Positions 59,566 to 64,000 of a stretch of 64,000 nt of DNA are shown one piece after another. Source of the DNA: Candidatus Latescibacterota bacterium. GTDB lineage: Bacteria > Latescibacterota > UBA2968 > UBA8231. The DNA lies in NCBI GenBank assembly GCA_965219385.1, contig CBDCNM010000001.1, forward strand, positions 918,631-982,630, written 5' to 3'. The translations under genes and the position numbers were made by a program. The stretch's first letter is position 1, and each line of letters opens with the position of its first letter. The notes beneath the pieces were generated by a model. The model saw only the letters and a list, made by a program, of their open reading frames with translations, was not told the DNA's origin and did not search any database.

Positions 59566-61638
59566 ATGATCCATAAAATAGAGACAATCTTAGGAGGTCG
59601 CACCCTTTCGCTTGAAACCGGAAAGGTCGCAAAACAGGCCCATGGGGCCGTCTGGATTCAGTACGGTGAAACGGTGGTGCTGGTTACGGCCTGTAGAACT
59701 GATACAGATGAGGACCGTGGTTTTTTTCCATTGACGGTAGATTATCGCGAAAAAGCCTATGCTGGCGGGCGAATTCCCGGCAATATATTCAAGCGCGAGG
59801 GGCGGATGAGCGAAAAAGAAACCCTGAGTGCCCGCCTCACGGACCATCAAATCCGTCCCATGTTTCCCAAGGGGTTTTACCGCGAGGTGCAGGTGTACAT
59901 AAGCATATTGTCCTCAGATGGTGAAAACGAAGCCGATGTCCTGGGCATGTTGGGCGCCTCCGCGGCTTTGTGCATTTCGGACATTCCATTTTCCGGGCCC
60001 ATGGGTGCGGTGCGGGTGGGGCGGATCGAGGGCGAGTTTTTTATCAATCCCACCAATACCCAACTGGAAGAGAGCGACCTGGATATCATTGTATCCGGGA
60101 CCCGGGATTCCATTGCCAGTGTAGAAGGTGGGGCTCATGAGATTTCCGAAGCCGATTTGCTCGAAGCCCTCAAATTCGGGCATCTACACATCCAGGAACT
60201 GGTCGAGATACAGGATGCCCTGGTTGAACAGGTCGGCAAGGAAAAATTAGAACTTGCCCCGGTAGAGGTGGACGAGGCATTGCCCGCTGCCGTTGCCGAA
60301 CTGGCCATGGCACGCATAGCCGAAGCCAATCGCACGCCGGTTAAAGAGGACCGCCAAGGGCTGATCAGTGCCATTAAAGCCGAGGTCCAGGAAAATCTGG
60401 CAGAGGGGTTTCTCGACTCTGAAAAATACATAGCCGAGGCCCTGGACAACCTGATAAAGTCTGATATGCGCCGCATGATCCTGGATGAAAAACAGCGCAT
60501 CGATGGGCGTGGACTCAGAGAGGTCCGTCCTATAAGCTGTGAAACCGGGGTTTTGCCCCGGGTGCACGGCTCGGCCATTTTTACCCGGGGTCAGACCCAG
60601 GCCCTGTGCGTGGCCACTCTTGGGACCAAATTGGATGAACGCATGGTGGACGATCTGCGGGGAAAGAACTTCAAATCCTACTTCGTAGATTATAATTTCC
60701 CCGCCTTCAGTGTAGGGGAGGTGCGTTTCGAACGAGGCCCTGGCCGACGCGATATCGGCCATGGACATCTGGCCGAGCGGGCTATTGAGCCTGTTGTCCC
60801 TTCAATCGACTCCTTCCCCTATACCCTCCGGGTGGTCTCCGACATACTCGAATCCAACAGCTCCAGTTCAATGGCCACAGTCTGTGGTGGTTCCATGGCC
60901 CTCCTGGATGCGGGAGTTCCGCTAAAGACTCCGGTGTGCGGCGCCGGTGTAGGTTTGGTCAAGGAAGGCGATCAATGGGAGTTGTTGACCGATATTTTAG
61001 GGGCCGAAGACTTTTTGGGAGATATGGATTTTAAAGTCGCCGGTACCAAGGATGGAATTACCGCCATTCAGATGGATATTAAAATTCAAGGTGTCAGCTT
61101 CGAGATTATGCAAGAGGCCCTGGAACGGGCGCGAGAAGGTCGGTTGCACATCCTCGAAGTAATGAACCAGTGCATTGACACTCCACGGCCGGAGTTGTCC
61201 AAATATGCCCCGCGCATCGAGTTTTTAAAGATTGATCCGGCCAAGATCGGCGCTGTGATCGGCCCGGGCGGCAAGACCATCCGCGAGATCGAAAAGACCG
61301 GGGCGACCGTCAACGTAGAGGACGATGGGACCATCACCCTGGCTTCTGTGGAAGGAGGGCCCGCCGAAGAGGCCAGGCGGATGATCGAGTCGATCACAGC
61401 CGAAGCCGAGATCGGCAGGCAGTACAACGGCACGGTCAAACGCATCATGCCCTTTGGGGCCTTTGTCGAGATCCTGCCCGGTAAAGAGGGGCTGGTTCAC
61501 ATTTCCGAACTAGCTCATCGGCGGGTAGGTAAGGTCGAAGATGTAGTCGAAGAGGGGCAAGAAATCGATGTTAAGGTCCTCGATATTGACACGGGGGGCA
61601 AAATTCGCCTGAGCCACAAGGCCACCCTGAAAAAATAA
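59566..61638 (+). CDS. pnp: Polyribonucleotide nucleotidyltransferase
   Basis: [27 protein letters not shown] and S1 domains. Confidence 0.98.
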   Translation: MIHKIETILGGRTLSLETGKVAKQAHGAVWIQYGETVVLVTACRTDTDEDRGFFPLTVDYREKAYAGGRIPGNIFKREGRMSEKETLSARLTDHQIRPMFPKGFYREVQVYISILSSDGENEADVLGMLGASAALCISDIPFSGPMGAVRVGRIEGEFFINPTNTQLEESDLDIIVSGTRDSIASVEGGAHEISEADLLEALKFGHLHIQELVEIQDALVEQVGKEKLELAPVEVDEALPAAVAELAMARIAEANRTPVKEDRQGLISAIKAEVQENLAEGFLDSEKYIAEALDNLIKSDMRRMILDEKQRIDGRGLREVRPISCETGVLPRVHGSAIFTRGQTQALCVATLGTKLDERMVDDLRGKNFKSYFVDYNFPAFSVGEVRFERGPGRRDIGHGHLAERAIEPVVPSIDSFPYTLRVVSDILESNSSSSMATVCGGSMALLDAGVPLKTPVCGAGVGLVKEGDQWELLTDILGAEDFLGDMDFKVAGTKDGITAIQMDIKIQGVSFEIMQEALERAREGRLHILEVMNQCIDTPRPELSKYAPRIEFLKIDPAKIGAVIGPGGKTIREIEKTGATVNVEDDGTITLASVEGGPAEEARRMIESITAEAEIGRQYNGTVKRIMPFGAFVEILPGKEGLVHISELAHRRVGKVEDVVEEGQEIDVKVLDIDTGGKIRLSHKATLKK

Positions 61639-61736
61639 CCCGGTCAACGGCCTATTCGCCGCTGTTCACTGGTTGAGACTATCGAATATTCGCGCTTCGA
61701 TAGTCTTTTCAATTTCTGGATGGATTTGTACGAAGA

Positions 61737-63029
61737 ATGGATTCTACCTATATTGCGCAAATCAGCACCAAAGAAAATGAAGAAGTCGAATTGAGGGGCT
61801 GGCTCTACAATAAAAGGTCGAGCGGCAAGCTTCACTTTCTGCAGGTGCGCGATGGAACCGGGATCATTCAGTGTGTTGTGTTCGGGGGGGAGGTCTCTCC
61901 AGAGATCTTCCAACTTTGCGAGGAGTTAACCCAGGAGTCGGCTCTCATTGTCAGAGGGGTTGTGCGCCGTGACGAGCGCTCCCCTAGCGGTTATGAGATT
62001 GGAACTCGTGAGGTGGAGTGCCTCCACTGGAGCGAGGCTTATCCCATTACCCCGAAAGAACACGGGATGGCCTACCTGATGGACCATCGTCATTTATGGC
62101 TCCGGTCCACGCGGCCCCATGCCATTTTACGGGTCCGCAGCGAAGTGATCAAAGCCTGCAGGGACTTTATGGATGAGAGGGGGTTTACCTTGGCGGATGC
62201 GCCTATTTTTACCCCGGCTGCCTGTGAAGGGACCACCACACTTTTCGAAACCGATTACTTTGGCGAAAAAGCCTATTTGACTCAGAGCGGTCAACTGTAT
62301 ATGGAAGCGGCGGCTATGGCCTTTGGTAAGGTCTATTGTTTGGGTCCAACTTTCCGCTCGGAAAAGTCAAAGACCCGCAGACATCTGACCGAGTTCTGGA
62401 TGATCGAGCCGGAAATGGCTTATTGCGATCTGGCTGGAGATATGGATCTGGCCGAAGATATGGTGGCCTATATCGTGGAGCGGGCGCTGGAGAACAGACA
62501 GGAAGAATTAAAAACCCTGGAGCGGGATACCAGCAAGCTGGAAAGGATCCAAAAGCCTTTTCCCAGAATTTCTTATCAACAAGCTATTGGTATTTTGCAT
62601 GAGGAGGGGAGTGATATTCAGTGGGGTTGGGACCTTGGAGGTGACGACGAGACCATTGTTTCGCAGCAGTATGAATCTCCTGTTCTGGTGCACCGCTACC
62701 CCCTTGAGGTCAAGGCCTTTTACATGAAAGAAGATCCACAGGATCCAAGACTAGCACTTTGTATGGACATGCTCGCGCCCGAGGGGTATGGAGAGATCAT
62801 CGGGGGGGGGCAACGCGAGGACGATCTGGTGGTCCTGGAAAAGAAGATTCAGGCCCATGAACTTCCCCAAGAAGCCTTTGAGTGGTACCTTGATCTTCGG
62901 CGTTATGGGAGCGTGCCGCACGCCGGTTTTGGCATGGGTATTGAGAGGGTGGTGACCTGGATCTGTGGCCTCCACCACGTGCGTGAGACCATTCCATTCC
63001 CACGAACCTTACAGAGGTTGTATCCATGA
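61737..63029 (+). CDS. asnS: Asparagine--tRNA ligase
   Basis: [35 protein letters not shown]. Confidence 0.95.
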   Translation: MDSTYIAQISTKENEEVELRGWLYNKRSSGKLHFLQVRDGTGIIQCVVFGGEVSPEIFQLCEELTQESALIVRGVVRRDERSPSGYEIGTREVECLHWSEAYPITPKEHGMAYLMDHRHLWLRSTRPHAILRVRSEVIKACRDFMDERGFTLADAPIFTPAACEGTTTLFETDYFGEKAYLTQSGQLYMEAAAMAFGKVYCLGPTFRSEKSKTRRHLTEFWMIEPEMAYCDLAGDMDLAEDMVAYIVERALENRQEELKTLERDTSKLERIQKPFPRISYQQAIGILHEEGSDIQWGWDLGGDDETIVSQQYESPVLVHRYPLEVKAFYMKEDPQDPRLALCMDMLAPEGYGEIIGGGQREDDLVVLEKKIQAHELPQEAFEWYLDLRRYGSVPHAGFGMGIERVVTWICGLHHVRETIPFPRTLQRLYP

Positions 63030-63063
63030 CAATTTTCCGTCAGATCGTCAGATTGAAGAAAAT

Positions 63064-63091
63064 ATGCCGTATAATATATTTTACGTAAATA
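63064..63091 (+). other. dif-like site 3
   Basis: ATGCCGTATAA-TATATT-TTACGTAAATA. Confidence 0.6.
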
Positions 63092-63477
63092 TCTAACACC
63101 TCAAGCAAAACGCTTCATTCCAGCCATCTGCCTAACCGCCAACGAATCAGCAAGCGAAATAACGACTGCGTCGGACTCCTGGCCGTTCAGCAATAGCTCC
63201 GTTTCCTGTACTCGCAGCCGCAGGATGGTACGAAGGCTGAGCGCGAATTTGGGACGGTCGGGCTCAGCCTGTTGCCACGTGCCTACCAGTTCGTCGGCGT
63301 GTGCGTTCGCGTTGGGTAGGAGTCCTCATCAGTGCGGGCTCCTTTCAAATTTGACTAATGATAATTACCCTTCTAGTTAGTTAAATCAATATCTTGTTGA
63401 TGACAAAATTACTGGTTATGGCTATATTTAAAGTCCCTGGCACAGACTCCTCTTTTTCAGCGTTGAGAATTTCTAGC

Positions 63478-64000
63478 ATGGAAAACTTGCCTGTTGCATC
63501 ATCGGATCGCACGACACTAATTCGCACCGGTCCACTCGAACAATTTCTCGCCGGACAATTGAGCGAAAGCACCAGACGGGCCTACTTGGCCGACCTTTGC
63601 CGTTTTTTTGGCACTGATGATATTCAGCTGGACGATATCCGCTCGGTAACCTTTCAAGATGTCATTGAGTTCCGCAACCAGCTGGCCAGCCAAGGTTACA
63701 AACGCACGACCATCAACCGCAAGTTGTCCAGCCTGAAAGCCTTTTTTAAAATGATGGTCGCAACCGGCCTCATTGACAAAAACCCAGCGGATTCCACTCT
63801 GGTTCGTGGTTACAAGGTCGAGGATGCCCTGACCGGAAAAGCCATAGCCAACCAAGCGCTCAAACAGATCCTCAAGACCATCTCAGAAGAAAAAAACAGA
63901 CTGGCGCAAGCCCGTGATACGGCGATTGTTCATTTTTTGACCTTTGGCGGTCTGCGCCGTTCGGAAGTTGCCAATATAGCCTGGGATGATATCCGACCAG
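63478..64000 (+). CDS. Tyrosine recombinase/integrase, XerC/D-like (3' end outside window)
   Basis: Manual translation: LSESTRRAYLADL...TINRKLSSLKAFF...NPA...RDTAIVHFLTFGGLRRSEV (catalytic Arg box I); may start at 63400 or 63418. Confidence 0.88.
   Translation, partial: MENLPVASSDRTTLIRTGPLEQFLAGQLSESTRRAYLADLCRFFGTDDIQLDDIRSVTFQDVIEFRNQLASQGYKRTTINRKLSSLKAFFKMMVATGLIDKNPADSTLVRGYKVEDALTGKAIANQALKQILKTISEEKNRLAQARDTAIVHFLTFGGLRRSEVANIAWDDIRP

Noticed and set aside
60840..60880. PNPase ESNSSSSMA in place of the canonical ESNGSSSMA
   Set aside because: It is a single substitution with the serine loop and DMDFK intact; there is no evidence of altered function.
63092..63320. Integron-like core sites on the minus strand (GTTAGGC, GTTAGAT, ACCCAAC) divergent from the recombinase
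   Set aside because: The L boxes do not pair convincingly, the spacing is too long for attC, no cassette ORF is present, and the visible part of the recombinase looks Xer-like rather than IntI.

Overview
A 64-kb piece of a GC-rich diderm bacterial chromosome. A PorV/PorQ-like barrel, a bS22-like peptide and many PhyH/MFS genes suggest an FCB-group organism such as a Latescibacterota relative; this is inference only. From left to right: (1) the 3' end of ftsH; (2) a decayed ridA-family gene split by a 5.7-kb nested stack of five IS elements (three IS5-family, one IS1182-like, one IS701-like); (3) MFS, sugar isomerase and SDR genes; (4) an uncharacterised two-gene membrane system, made of a degenerate M28/nicastrin-like ectodomain fused to an FtsX/MacB-like permease with no ATPase nearby, plus an OPT-like protein with inserted domains; (5) an 8-gene J-domain/chaperone/PspA/amine oxidase/spermidine synthase/DUF350 operon; (6) cysC, an atypical pyrH, purB and other metabolic genes; (7) an McrBC-like restriction system with an unusual N-terminal domain; (8) a TRAP-TatT transporter, mreBC, HU and three tRNAs; (9) a decaying PhyH/TlpA island; (10) miaA, tRNA-Gly, der, the rimP-nusA-infB-rbfA-truB-ribK-rpsO-pnp cluster and asnS; (11) the start of a tyrosine recombinase. 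The most notable unexplained DNA-level signal is three same-orientation 28-bp dif-like sites (ATGNCRTATAA-N6-TTAYGTAAAYA), each at a junction between accessory and core DNA. All family assignments come from motif recognition by eye; no searches were run.
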